DNA of 64,000 nt, taken from assembly GCA_022749935.1 (NCBI GenBank), contig JAKIWQ010000005.1, forward strand, positions 1,422 to 65,421, given 5' to 3'. Source of the stretch: Thermoplasmata archaeon (GTDB lineage Archaea; Thermoplasmatota; Thermoplasmata; Lutacidiplasmatales; UBA184). This document shows positions 8,862-19,200 of the stretch, one piece after another. The notes below the pieces were generated by a model. The model saw only the letters and a list, made by a program, of their open reading frames with translations, did not search any database and had not been told where the DNA came from. The translations under genes were made by a program, and so were the position numbers. Within the stretch, counting starts at the first letter, position 1. Each line of letters opens with the position of its first letter.

Positions 8862-9167
8862 CAGGAAGCGGACCCTGGCCGAGCCGATGTGACCAATCGG
8901 ACCCGATACTAAACGAGTGCTGCCGGCGGTGACGTTTCAGCGGGCGAAGCACCCTCGGGCCCAGCTCGGGAACATGAAACGGGCTCACCTCGCCGACCCG
9001 CTGAACGTCCCCACGGTCCTCGGCGCCGAAACGTTCGCGTCGAGCGTAGGTCGCGACCTCGTCGCTCAGGTCAGGGAGTCGGGCGAGGCTCCTGAACAAC
9101 TCCGGGCCGACGGGAGAGTGAGCGACAATCGGATGAGGCTCCCTCCGCTCCCGGTGGGGAGGCGCGA

Positions 9168-9533
9168 ATGCACCGATTAGGACCCGAGGCGTTCAAGGAC
9201 GGTGTTCTCCAACGACCGGGACGTTGGGTCGTCGATTTTTCGGCAGACTGGTGTCCGTATTGTGACGAGTTCCTGACGACGTTTCGCGGGCTGGCGGGGA
9301 CGGGGAGTTTCGACACGGCGATCGGGGACCTCACGGACCTGGAGAACCCGCTGTGGGAGGAATTCGAGGTCGACATCGTGCCCACGGTCATCGCGTTCCG
9401 GGACGGAGCCGTAGTGTTTCGCGCCGATGGACGCCGGGCGGAGGGGCTCCACTCGGACGATCTGCGGGGCCTTCGCGAGGCGCTCGACCACGGGCCGGTC
9501 CGCCCGCGGCCTTCCGGTCGCAACCGGCCTTAA
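9168..9533 (+). CDS. thioredoxin-fold protein
   Basis: WCPYC redox motif in a roughly 120-aa protein (VVDFSADWCPYCDEF). Confidence 0.75.
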   Translation: MHRLGPEAFKDGVLQRPGRWVVDFSADWCPYCDEFLTTFRGLAGTGSFDTAIGDLTDLENPLWEEFEVDIVPTVIAFRDGAVVFRADGRRAEGLHSDDLRGLREALDHGPVRPRPSGRNRP

Positions 9534-9558
9534 GGCCGCTACCGCTCTCCTGCGGGCG

Positions 9559-10392
9559 ATGGAAGTGGGCCCGGGCCACTCGCACCCCTCGCGACCCGTC
9601 GCTCTGGTGACGGGCGGAGGAACCGGTATCGGTCGCTCCATCGCCGCCGGACTCGCGGTGGATGGATACGACCTCGTCATCGCGAGTCGATCGGCCGTCC
9701 ATCTGGCGGAAGGGGCCCGCATCCTTGTCGGGCAGGGCGCCCGCGTCCTCGAGATTCCCGTGGACGTGCGCCGGCCCGAGGAGGTCGAGAGGATGATGCA
9801 TCGGATACGGTCGGAGTACGGCCGCCTCGACCTTCTCGTGAATAACGCGGCGGGGAATTTTATCGCACCGGCGGAAAATATCACGCCGAATGGCTGGCGG
9901 GCCGTGATCGGAATCGTGCTGGACGGCACGTTCTTCTGTTCTCGGGCCGCGTTTCCGCTCCTGCGCGAGAGCGCCGCCCCGTCCATCGTGAATATCGTCG
10001 CATCGTATGCCTGGATGGCCGGCCCCGGAACCGCGCATTCGGCCGCCGCGAAGGCGGGGGTCCTCGCCCTTACCCGTACGCTCGCGGTCGAATGGGCGCC
10101 GCATCGCATTCGGGTGAACGCGGTCGCCCCCGGACCCATCCACACCGAAGGCACCGACCGCCAACTTTGGGTCTCCGAGTCCTTGGTCGAGCGTGTGCGC
10201 GCGGGGGTACCCCTCGGCCGATTCGGTACTCCGGAGGACGTCGCGGAGGCGGTACGGTTTCTCGCGAGCCCTCGGGCGTCCTACATCACCGGCCAGGTGA
10301 TCCCGGTCGACGGGGGACAGTGGCTCGGGAAAGGCGTCCTGGACCTTTTAGAGCCGGATTCGGGGGCACCCGACACGCCGCCCCGCGACTGA
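9559..10392 (+). CDS. short-chain dehydrogenase/reductase (SDR)
   Basis: TGGGTGIGRSIA Rossmann motif and NNAAGNF. The start is set at M45 of the 9427 ORF. Confidence 0.85.
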   Translation: MEVGPGHSHPSRPVALVTGGGTGIGRSIAAGLAVDGYDLVIASRSAVHLAEGARILVGQGARVLEIPVDVRRPEEVERMMHRIRSEYGRLDLLVNNAAGNFIAPAENITPNGWRAVIGIVLDGTFFCSRAAFPLLRESAAPSIVNIVASYAWMAGPGTAHSAAAKAGVLALTRTLAVEWAPHRIRVNAVAPGPIHTEGTDRQLWVSESLVERVRAGVPLGRFGTPEDVAEAVRFLASPRASYITGQVIPVDGGQWLGKGVLDLLEPDSGAPDTPPRD

Positions 10393-10426
10393 GAAGAATC
10401 CTGCCGTCGGGGGAACGAGCCCTCGC

Positions 10427-11257
10427 TCAGTGGGTCGGGACGTTCCGCTCCAGAAGAAAGGAGAGGAGGAGGCCCGCATACTCCGAGGGGTGTGTGACGT
10501 GGGGGGCGTGTCCAGCACCGGGGAGCTGGAGTTCGGTGACGTTCGGAAGCTGCGCGGTGAGGACGTGACGGATATCGGTGAGGAAGCGCGGACTCTCCGA
10601 GCCCGAGGTGAGCAGGATTGGCAGCATGAGTTCCGATAGGAGCCCCGGGGGAAGTCGGAGCGAGTCGGGGTCCGAGTATTCTTCCCGCCAGCGATTCATC
10701 CGACCGGCGAACTCTTCGCGGGTCGACGGAGGGAGCCGTTCCCACGCACCCGGTTCGGTCGAGAACACCTCCACCACTTCCCGGGCGGCCTCGACCGACT
10801 TCCCATCACGTACTTGGTCGCAGATCGTGGAGACTTCGTCGAGAAGCCGATGTCCCTCGGTGGCCGTCGACGCCTGATCGGCCAACAATCCAAGGAGCGG
10901 TGGTTCGTGGATCGACAGGCTTCGGACCAGTTCCGGACGCTCCGACGCCAGGCGGAAGGCGACCGAACCCCCGTACGAGTGGGTGATGAGATGGACCGGA
11001 AAGAGGTCGAGTGCCTCCAGGAGGTGGGCCAGGTCGGCCACGTCGGTCTTGACGGGTCGACTCGTCGCCCCCGAAGGGCTCGCACCGAAGCCGCGCCGGT
11101 CGTAGGTGAGTACCGTCACGCTCTGGGAGAGCAGGGGGATCAGCCGAGCCCACACGCTGCGGTCCACGAGGGAGCCGTGGACGAGTACGACCGGGTCTCC
11201 CGCATCGCCCCGCGTCTCGTAGAAAAGGTCCGTTTCGGCGAGATGTGCGAGTGGCAT
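10427..11257 (-). CDS. alpha/beta-fold hydrolase
   Basis: VLVHGS oxyanion region and nucleophile elbow THSYGGS. The start is set at M65 (MPLAHLAETDLFYE). Confidence 0.8.
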   Translation of the reverse strand: MPLAHLAETDLFYETRGDAGDPVVLVHGSLVDRSVWARLIPLLSQSVTVLTYDRRGFGASPSGATSRPVKTDVADLAHLLEALDLFPVHLITHSYGGSVAFRLASERPELVRSLSIHEPPLLGLLADQASTATEGHRLLDEVSTICDQVRDGKSVEAAREVVEVFSTEPGAWERLPPSTREEFAGRMNRWREEYSDPDSLRLPPGLLSELMLPILLTSGSESPRFLTDIRHVLTAQLPNVTELQLPGAGHAPHVTHPSEYAGLLLSFLLERNVPTH

Positions 11258-11464
11258 GCGAAGGTGCGAGTCGGCCGAGGCGACCGACTCGGGGCCCGAG
11301 AGGGAGGGACCCCTTAGCCCCGCGGGTCGCCCGAGCCGGGCCTGTCGGAAGGGTTTAGAAGCGCCACCGGGGTGCGCCGTCCGAGTGGAGAGGATGCCGC
11401 CTTTCGTGACCCCGGGTCCCGGGCGGGCCGCATGAGCGCGATTTTTCAACGACCCCTATGTGAC

Positions 11465-11728
11465 ATGGGCGCGGCGTACGACTACAGTTTCCGCCCGACG
11501 GTTGGCGACCCCGAAGCGGGGTCCGGGGGTGGGTGCGATGAACGCCCTCACCGGGTGGAACTCTTCTCGGCCACGACCGATCCGGGTGCGACCCTGGCCG
11601 AGTGGCGTCCGTTCGGCCTGTGCACGGAGCACGAGTCCCAACTCCAAGGGTACGACCGCCGGCTCGTGGGGCAGGGACGGCCTTCCCGGTTCCGCGCACG
11701 TCCGGCGTCCGGGCCCGGTCGAGCCTAG
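11465..11728 (+). CDS. hypothetical small protein
   Basis: An 87-aa candidate (MGAAYDYSFRPTVGD...) in a 490-nt gap. A GATTTTTCAA box lies about 22-25 nt upstream of the ATG. No family recognised. Confidence 0.35.
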   Translation: MGAAYDYSFRPTVGDPEAGSGGGCDERPHRVELFSATTDPGATLAEWRPFGLCTEHESQLQGYDRRLVGQGRPSRFRARPASGPGRA

Positions 11729-11746
11729 GGAGAGGATCGATCCGAC

Positions 11747-12598
11747 ATGACCGACCGGTTCCCCACGGGGCTCGACTCGACCTACCGACTCAATCAGGGA
11801 ATCGAGATCCCGTGCTTCGGGCTGGGGGTTTTCCAGATGGGTCCGGGGGCAGAAACCGAACGCGCGGTCCGTTGGGCTCTCGAGAGCGAGTACCGAATGA
11901 TCGACACCGCGACTCTCTACAAGAATGAGGCGGACGTGGGCAATGGGGTTCGCGCGAGCGAGTTCGAACGCAGCGACGTGTTCGTGACGACCAAGCTGTG
12001 GCACACGGACCACGGGTACGAGTCCTCTCAACGGGCCTGCCGAGAGAGCTTGCAGCGCCTGGGGTTCGACTATGTCGACCTCTACCTGATCCACTGGCCC
12101 CGAGCCCCGACGCCGGCCGACCGCCTCGCCTCCTGGCGGGGCCTCGTGAAGCTGCAGAAAGAGGGGCTGTGCCGGGCCATCGGGGTCAGCAACTACTCCG
12201 TCCGGCACCTCCAGGAGCTCCTCGCGGACTCCGAGGTGGTTCCCGCGGTGAACCAAGTCGAATTTCATCCCTTCGTCTACGACCCCGAGCTCCTCACCTT
12301 CTGCGGAGACCACGGGATCCGGCTCGAGGCGTACTCCCCGATCACGCGAGGCCGACGATTGGACGACCCCACGGTGGGGGGCATTGCGAGGGCCCGTAAA
12401 CGTTCCCCGGCACAGGTCTTGCTTCGATGGGGGATCCAGCACGGGATCGTCGAGATCCCGAAGTCCATCCACCAGGAGCGGATCATCGAGAACGCACAGG
12501 TCTTCGATTTCGAGCTCGGGCCGAACGAAATGTCCGCACTCGATGGCCTCGCGGGCGGTGCCAGAGTGGGGGCGGGGAACCCCGCCGAGATTCCATAA
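11747..12598 (+). CDS. aldo/keto reductase
   Basis: AKR signatures MIDTATLYKNE, VFVTTKLW and DYVDLYLIHWP. Confidence 0.9.
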   Translation: MTDRFPTGLDSTYRLNQGIEIPCFGLGVFQMGPGAETERAVRWALESEYRMIDTATLYKNEADVGNGVRASEFERSDVFVTTKLWHTDHGYESSQRACRESLQRLGFDYVDLYLIHWPRAPTPADRLASWRGLVKLQKEGLCRAIGVSNYSVRHLQELLADSEVVPAVNQVEFHPFVYDPELLTFCGDHGIRLEAYSPITRGRRLDDPTVGGIARARKRSPAQVLLRWGIQHGIVEIPKSIHQERIIENAQVFDFELGPNEMSALDGLAGGARVGAGNPAEIP

Positions 12599-12675
12599 TC
12601 AATGAGGTTTTGCCTCGCTCCGGAGGAGCTCCCCGGAGCCGCCGGACCGTCCCTGGATTCCCGGCTCGGCGTGGC

Positions 12676-12685
12676 TTAATATATT
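12676..12685 (+). promoter_or_regulatory. TATA-like box TTAATATATT upstream of ferredoxin gene
   Basis: AT-rich element about 35 nt upstream of ATG 12715 in an otherwise GC-rich spacer. Confidence 0.45.
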
Positions 12686-12714
12686 CATCGTCGGTGCGAC
12701 CGAAGGGTCACCGC

Positions 12715-12993
12715 ATGGTCAGTGTCGAGGTCGTTCTCGAGAAGTGCACGGGGTGCGCCCACTGTCGGGACGTCTGCCCCGTGACCGTGTTCGAAATGCA
12801 GCCTCGCGAGAACTGGGCCAACGTCGTCGACGACCCCGCGGTCGCCGCCAAGTTCCAGTTCCGGGCGGAAAAGTCGGCCGTGATCCACGGACCGGATTGC
12901 ATCATGTGCGAGGCCTGCCTGTTCGAGTGCGAGGGGGAGTGCATTACCATCGTCGACGACGAGGGCACCGTGCACAACTCCACCTACAAGTAA
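12715..12993 (+). CDS. 2x[4Fe-4S] ferredoxin
   Basis: CTGCAHCRDVCP and CIMCEACLFEC cluster motifs. The start is at M97 of the 12427 ORF. Confidence 0.8.
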   Translation: MVSVEVVLEKCTGCAHCRDVCPVTVFEMQPRENWANVVDDPAVAAKFQFRAEKSAVIHGPDCIMCEACLFECEGECITIVDDEGTVHNSTYK

Positions 12994-13047
12994 GCCGGCG
13001 CGCACCATTCCCCGGCGGTCGGACTCCCGGTTCCTCGCCTAGCCGGG

Positions 13048-14052
13048 GTGCTGTATACCTCGAGACCTTCCCGGCACATGCTTCCCGAACACGCGCCTTC
13101 CGGGTCCCCTCCCGTCGGATTCATCGGTCTCGGCCAGATGGGGTCGCCGATCGCCCTGCGCCTCGCGAACCAGGGGACGTCGCTCGTCGTCCACACACGG
13201 ACCCGCGCGTCGGCCGAGGCCGTACTGGCGGCCGGCGCCCGCTGGGCCGAGACCCCGAAGGAGGTGGGGCGCCTCGCGAGCGGTAGCATCGTGTTCACTT
13301 CCCTCCCCGACGGACGCGCCGTTCGGTCGGTCCTCTTCGGTCGGAACGGGGTCGCCGCCGGCGCGCGGGCCGGCACGGTCCTCGTCGACCTGAGCACCGT
13401 GGCGCCGGAGGAGAGCCGCGCGTGGGCCGAGCGGCTCGCCCGTCGCGGGGTCCACTTCCTGGACATTCCGCTCGGAGGGAGCACCGACGCGGCCGCCGCG
13501 GGAAAGCTTCTCCTGTATGTCGGGGGCGACGCGACCGTCCTCGAACGAGTCCGGCCCCTGCTCGACAAGTTCGGCCGTCGGGTCGAACGACTCGGGCCGG
13601 TGGGAGCGGGGTCGGCGATGAAGCTGGTCACCAACCTCGTGGGCCTCACGACAGTCGCGCTCGATTCGGAGGCCCTCGCGCTCGCGGAGGGGTTCGGACT
13701 CGACCGCAAGCGGACCATCGACCTCCTGCTGGACGGAGCCGGTCACTCGATCATGCTCGAGCGGAAGCGGGTCGAGTTCGAGGAGCGCCGATATCCCTCA
13801 AAGTTCCGGCTCCCGCTGGCCCGGAAGGACATCGCGCTCGTCGAGAAGACCGCCCGGGCCATCGGTGCCTCCAGTCGTCTCGCCCGGGAAGCCCGGCGGA
13901 TGATGGAAGAGGCGATCGCCGCCGGCCACGGCCCCGAGGATTTCTCGGTCGTGTTCGAGGCGGCCCTCGCCCGGAATCGTCCGGCCGCGTCGGTCGCCGA
14001 GGTCCCGACGTCTACACCGTCGTCTGCACCGGACGGTAGAACGCCGTCTTGA
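13048..14052 (+). CDS. NAD(P)-dependent beta-hydroxyacid (3-hydroxyisobutyrate-type) dehydrogenase
   Basis: GFIGLGQMGSPIA dinucleotide fold and typical family length. An alternative ATG lies at 13078. Confidence 0.85.
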   Translation: MLYTSRPSRHMLPEHAPSGSPPVGFIGLGQMGSPIALRLANQGTSLVVHTRTRASAEAVLAAGARWAETPKEVGRLASGSIVFTSLPDGRAVRSVLFGRNGVAAGARAGTVLVDLSTVAPEESRAWAERLARRGVHFLDIPLGGSTDAAAAGKLLLYVGGDATVLERVRPLLDKFGRRVERLGPVGAGSAMKLVTNLVGLTTVALDSEALALAEGFGLDRKRTIDLLLDGAGHSIMLERKRVEFEERRYPSKFRLPLARKDIALVEKTARAIGASSRLAREARRMMEEAIAAGHGPEDFSVVFEAALARNRPAASVAEVPTSTPSSAPDGRTPS

Positions 14053-14995
14053 CGAGAGGCTCGCCACCGCCTGCCGGGAATCGGACCCGGACCGCCTGGG
14101 ACCGGCCGAACGCCGTGAACTCGAGGGAATACCAGACGGCCTCCCAGTCGCCTCCCGGCCGCTCGAACGCCTCGCCGAAGTGGTAGGTCATCTCCATCAT
14201 TCGGCTCGCCTTTCGGGCGAGCGCGTACGACCAGTCCAGTGCCTCCACGGCGGTGTGCGGCGTGGTCGAGTGGGTCCCGAGGGTCAGCGACCCCTCGACC
14301 GTGAACGGCCCCGCGACCAGTCCCCGCCCGAGCTGGTACCGGGCCCAGGTCGTCCGAACGGTCGTTCCGTCGCGCCGTTCGGAGAGGAGGAGCCACCGGA
14401 ACGGGTTCCCCGTCGGGATCGGGACGGCGTCGGGCGCGAGGGCTCCGCGATGCCTCGTGATGAAGTAGCGACCCGCGAGACGGATCCCGATGTACGCCCC
14501 GTAGAACGCCATCAGACCGTAGACCGTCGCGACGTACCACGCGAACGGCACGTGATTCCGCTCCACGCCCAGGAGGAGGTAGAACGAACCGACCGAGACC
14601 GCGAGGGTGAGGAAGTTGATGGCCCGGTCCGCATCGAGTTCGAGCTTCACCTCGGAGAACGGCAGCAAGGGCGGGACCGAGAAGTGGGTGAACCCGTCCC
14701 CGAGGACGTGGGCGATCCCGCCGGCTTCCATGACGAGGAAATAGACGAGCGGGGCACCGGGCGCGAGGATCGGGGCCACCAGCGCGCCGGCGAGCGCGAC
14801 GACCGTGACGCCGAATAGGGAGTGGGTGATCCCGTGGTGGCGCAGGATCGGGAACCGACCCGCGATGGGGAAGAAGAGCGCGTCCGCGTCCGGGAGGCCC
14901 CCGGCGAGCGCACCCGCCGCGAGATACGCGGGGTTCGCGCCCACAAGGCCGAAGGTGAGCAGGTAGGCGAGCAGGACGTGGGTGAACAGGTCCAC
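14012..14995 (-). CDS. membrane-bound metal-dependent hydrolase (DUF457/YdjM-like) with extra C-terminal domain
   Basis: MDLFTHVLLAYLL, HHGITHSL and HVLGDGFTH His motifs in a TM-rich N-terminal half. Confidence 0.7.
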   Translation of the reverse strand: MDLFTHVLLAYLLTFGLVGANPAYLAAGALAGGLPDADALFFPIAGRFPILRHHGITHSLFGVTVVALAGALVAPILAPGAPLVYFLVMEAGGIAHVLGDGFTHFSVPPLLPFSEVKLELDADRAINFLTLAVSVGSFYLLLGVERNHVPFAWYVATVYGLMAFYGAYIGIRLAGRYFITRHRGALAPDAVPIPTGNPFRWLLLSERRDGTTVRTTWARYQLGRGLVAGPFTVEGSLTLGTHSTTPHTAVEALDWSYALARKASRMMEMTYHFGEAFERPGGDWEAVWYSLEFTAFGRSQAVRVRFPAGGGEPLVKTAFYRPVQTTV

Positions 14996-15010
14996 GGCAG
15001 GACGGGGGGC

Positions 15011-15277
15011 CTAGAGCAGGCCCTCCTCCATCACTTCGACCGACTCGACGTGGGGGACCTTCGCGAGCGCGTGCTCGGTCGACTCGAGCACGCCGCCCGT
15101 GTCGGGCATGACGACGGAGACGAGGAGCGATTTGAGTCCGTAGGCGATCTCCTTGACCTGCACGCCCCGAAGGGTGACGGTGGCCGGGAGCGACGCACGG
15201 GCCGATTTGGCCACCGCCTCCATGTCGGTCTCGACGCCCTGGGGCATCAGACGGAACAGCACGGCGACCTGACCCAT
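15011..15277 (-). CDS. ef1b: translation elongation factor aEF-1 beta
   Basis: An 88-aa protein MGQVAVLFRLMPQGVETDMEA...EIAYGLKSL...VEVMEEGLL, typical of aEF-1beta in size and sequence. The start is set inside the 15011..15640 ORF. Confidence 0.85.
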   Translation of the reverse strand: MGQVAVLFRLMPQGVETDMEAVAKSARASLPATVTLRGVQVKEIAYGLKSLLVSVVMPDTGGVLESTEHALAKVPHVESVEVMEEGLL

Positions 15278-15285
15278 CGTCGCTC

Positions 15286-15483
15286 CTACGGTCCCTCGAA
15301 CCCGCACTTCGGGCAGAGGTAGCCGACCGACTGGTCGCGGCAGCGGGAGCAACGGCCGATCGCAGCGTCCCCGCACTGGGGGCAAGGGAATTGGGTCGCC
15401 CCGCGGGCGGGCACGGCCCGGCCGCACGAAGTGCACCGGAGTTCGGATACAGAGTGCATGGTGGAGGGTCCGGAGAGGCTCAC
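15286..15483 (-). CDS. HVO_2753-like four-C(P)xCG zinc-finger micro-protein (DUF1610)
   Basis: It carries CTSCG, CPQCG, CSRCR and CPKCG. It lies immediately upstream of aEF-1beta, as in other archaea. Its GTG start overlaps the upstream stop as GTGA. Confidence 0.7.
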   Translation of the reverse strand: MSLSGPSTMHSVSELRCTSCGRAVPARGATQFPCPQCGDAAIGRCSRCRDQSVGYLCPKCGFEGP

Positions 15484-16298
15484 TTCTTCGAAGTGCCGCG
15501 CCGGCGCGCGCCCACCCGGGCCCCGAATATAAGGAGTGCCCCGAAGAACGCGGTCGCCCCCGCCACGTACCAGATCGTGTAGCTGGTCGGGGGGCCGGGG
15601 ATGGTGAACGAGACCGAGTAGGTGGTCGTCCCGTTCGCAAACCGGACCAGTCCGTGGACGGTGGGGAGGGAGACGGTGAACGTGTGCTCCCCCGCGCCCA
15701 GATCCGTGACCGCGTACTGGAACTGGAAATGGTAACTGGCGTGCGGGAGCATCTCGGGGATGCTGACGTTGCCGACCGCGACTCCGTCCAGGTCGACCAG
15801 GAGCGCGAAGCTGGTCACGCTGTCATTGCCCAGGTTCAACAGGGTCGTGGAGAGGACGAACGGTTGGACGACCGTCACGCTCAGCGTGAAGTTGGTGGAC
15901 GCGTTCGACCCGTTCAAGGTCGACGCGAGTTCGACCGAGATCGTGAGAACCTCGCTCACGTTCGCGACGGTCAGGCTCACCTTTCCGGGGGCCCCGGTCA
16001 GGATCCGACCCTGACTCGGTGCGATCGACACGCCGGTCGTGTTCGGTCCGGTGACCTTGAGGTAGTAGGTGAGGTTGCCGACGATCGTTCCGTTCGGCGC
16101 CACGGCGGGCCCGCCGGTCCCGTTGATGGTGTAGGCGCCCGCCCCGTGGTAGGCGAGGACGGTCTTGCCGACGATCGTCCCGGTGACCGGACCGGAGGTG
16201 CTGGCGGCCCGAACCGGGGGAGCGGCGAGGGAGAGCGCCCCGACCGAGGCCGGCACCAGGATCACCAGCAGCAGGAGGGCGAGGAGCGGGGTTCTCAT
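15480..16298 (-). CDS. sequon-rich, tail-anchored surface protein
   Basis: A 272-aa protein with a signal-like N-terminus ([20 protein letters not shown]) and a C-terminal helix plus basic tail ([30 protein letters not shown]). I count 11 N-x-S/T sites. Its ATG overlaps the aglB stop as ATGA. Confidence 0.7.
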   Translation of the reverse strand: MRTPLLALLLLVILVPASVGALSLAAPPVRAASTSGPVTGTIVGKTVLAYHGAGAYTINGTGGPAVAPNGTIVGNLTYYLKVTGPNTTGVSIAPSQGRILTGAPGKVSLTVANVSEVLTISVELASTLNGSNASTNFTLSVTVVQPFVLSTTLLNLGNDSVTSFALLVDLDGVAVGNVSIPEMLPHASYHFQFQYAVTDLGAGEHTFTVSLPTVHGLVRFANGTTTYSVSFTIPGPPTSYTIWYVAGATAFFGALLIFGARVGARRRGTSKK

Positions 16299-19200
16299 CG
16301 TCGGGTCCACCTCCGCGTCTTCAGCCACCGCCGCACGAGGAGGGCCACGGCGAGGCCGATCGCGGGCACGAACGCGAGGAGCGGGATGACCCAGTCGGGG
16401 AGGGTCGCGGGGGGCGTCGCGACGCCCGGCCCGGTGACGGTGAACGGCGCGCTGGCGTTCGTGCTCCCCGGAGCGACCGTCGCCACCGGCACTTTGAGCG
16501 TGGTCGACGCCGCGACCGAACCACTCGCGTTGGTGACGATGGCTGAGAGGGTCACCGTCCCGACCGGCACGAAGATGGTGCTGGTCGTGGTCAGGTTGAC
16601 TTCCGCCGTCGAATTCACGCCCGGCGCGAGCCCGACCGGGCCGGCGAGGGTCCCGTTCTGGGCGTGGATGTTGACGTTCCACCCCAGCGATTGGATCCGG
16701 ACCTGGTCCACGACGGTCAGGTGGACGGTCTCGTAGACGTTCCCCGTGTCCACGAGGAAGAACGGCAGCAGCGCGTGCGTCAGGCTGACGGTGGGCGGCG
16801 TGGTCGGCGAGGGGCCGATCGCGACCCCGTAGTATCCGTTGATCCGGAGCGAAGGCGAGGGGGCCACCGTCCCGGCGAACGTACCGTTGGCCAGCAGGAG
16901 CTCGAGGAGCACCGGCGGGTGGAGCACGACGGTCCCGCCGGGGACGTGGATGGTGACCGAGGCGGCGAGCGCGGAGCCTCCGGGGCCCGGGTTCAGGGTG
17001 GCGTTCGTGAAACTGAAGCTGAAGTTCCAGAACGAGGGGGATCCCGTAGGGTGGACGGTGATGGGCGCGTTCCCCGAGTCACGGACCGAGAACTGGTAGG
17101 TGACCTGCGCGCCGGCGTTGAGCGTCTGGTCCGGGCTCCCGAGCAGCGTGCCCGCGGCCTGGTAGTGGAACGCATAGACGAGGGGGACCGTGACCGCGAC
17201 GTTTCCGGCGGCGACGAGCAGGGGCACCGTGGCGGTCGCATTGGCCGGCACACCGTAGGGCGAACCGACGGCCGTGGCCTCGACCGTGTACTCCCCGAGC
17301 GGGAGGGCGAGGGAGAACGGGGTACCGATGGTCACGCCGGCGTACACCGCTCGGCTCCCCGTCGCGCTCCGAACGAGGACGGTGGCGTTGCCCAGCGTTC
17401 GGGCGGAGCCATTGGGCGGGCCGACGGTGATGGTCGCGCTCCACGTCGGTTGGAGGTCGAGAGCGATCGGAGCGCTCGTCGGCAAGGCGACAACGCCCGA
17501 GAGGTTGGCGAGCAGTTCGGAGGCCCCACCGCCCGTGGCATAGACCGAGTACGCTCCGGGAAGGACCTGCGTCGAAAACGTTCCATCGGTCGTAGTGAGC
17601 AGGGTGACCGAACTGGCCGGGTACGGTCCCGCGATCCGCACGGTTCCGGGGATGAGCCCGGGAACCCCCACGGCCGACAGCGTGCCGTTCAGCCAGACCC
17701 GGTTCGTGACGGGCACGACGTTGACGGTGCAGGTGGAGACGTTGCTGGCCGTGCCGATGACGCACACGGAGCCCGGGGCCGTCGTGTAGGTCACGAAGTA
17801 ACTCCCGTTGACCCCCGAGGTCAGGGCCGTCACGTTCGTGGTCGCGAGGAACTGTCCGCCGGCCGGTAGGCTGGTGGAGAACGTCCCGTTGGCGATCTGC
17901 GTATGCAGCTTCGAGCCGTCCGGAGCCGAGAGCGTGAGGACCGCGTTCACCGGGACGGTCTTGCCGCCGGTCCCCACGAGCTTGCCGGTGACGGTCACCC
18001 CGGCCGTCCGGAGCGAGAGGCCGGGCGTGATCGTGCCGCCCGCGCTGATCGTGACCCGGGTCAGGTTGGTGTACGCGACCCCGTCCGTGGTGAGGCTCGC
18101 ATGGGCCGAGTACGTCCCCGGGGCGACGTAGAATCCCCGGGTGAAATTCGTCCCATTGACGGTGATGTTGAACAGCGGAGACGTCAGCGCGATGGTGGCG
18201 TTCCCCCGGGACCCTCCCGGCGGCAAGAGCAGCGTTCCCGACGCGTTGATCCCCGGGACGACGAGGAGCGTCAAATTGGTCGAGTACGCTCCGAGAGGAA
18301 TGGTCGTGTTGAGAAGGGAGGAGGGCAAGTAGACGACCGTGCCGTGGCCGATGACCGCTCGTGCGGAGACGGTGTACCGGCCGGGCGTGGTCGTGAAGGT
18401 GAAGACCGGACCGCCCGAGAGGTCGTGGGTCGTCGCGGGGTCGCTCAGCGCGGTCAGGTTGGCCAGCACGGGGGTGCCGGACGGAAGTCCCGTGATCGTG
18501 AGGCGGACGTTGACCGGCCGAAGACCGAGCGTGAACCGGCTCATGGTGGCCAGGCCGTTCGCGGAGATACCGCATTCCGTGGACGGGAGGAACCCTGCCG
18601 ACTGCGCGTTGAGACAGTACCCTCCGGCCGACAGCGGGAACGAGGCCGGCACGTAGAACGCGACCGTCCCGTTGCCCGTGGCGAGGGTCGGGATGGTCGG
18701 CCCACCGGGACCTGCCGAGATCGAGACCTGGGCCGCGGCCGCGGGGTAGACACTCCCGCTCGGCAAGGGCGAACCCACGACGAATCGCGTCGCGACCGCG
18801 GTCGTCGGGGAGAGGTGGAGGACGGTCGGGAACCGCAGGGTCACCTGGGCGAGGGCGGCCGAGAGACCGGTCGGCACGGTCGGCGGGCCCTGGAGCGCGA
18901 GCACGGTGTAATTGCCGAGCGGCAGGAGGAGGGAGTACGACCCGTTGGAGGCGGCCCACGTCGTGACCTCATCCAAGCCGGATCGGTAGGCGAGCACGGC
19001 CGTCGCGGTCGTGTTCGTCGCGGGCCCGGCGCGAGCGATCGTGCCGGAGAGTCGCGCGGTCGTCCCCAGCACCAGGGGCGTGGGTCCGACCGGCAGCCCC
19101 GGGAACGCGGTCACCGTCGTCAACGCCGAGAGGAGGTTCGACCCGACGTATCCGAGGGCGTAGACCGAGTAGTTTCCGACCGGAAGGGTCGCGGTGACGA

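Noticed and set aside
8917-9180. An 87-aa plus-strand ORF between the zinc-ribbon micro-gene and the thioredoxin gene, together with the opposing 8509..9099 ORF.
   Set aside because: Both strands show high GC3, so coding statistics by eye cannot discriminate between them. There are no motifs and no clean start context. I left it uncalled rather than guess.
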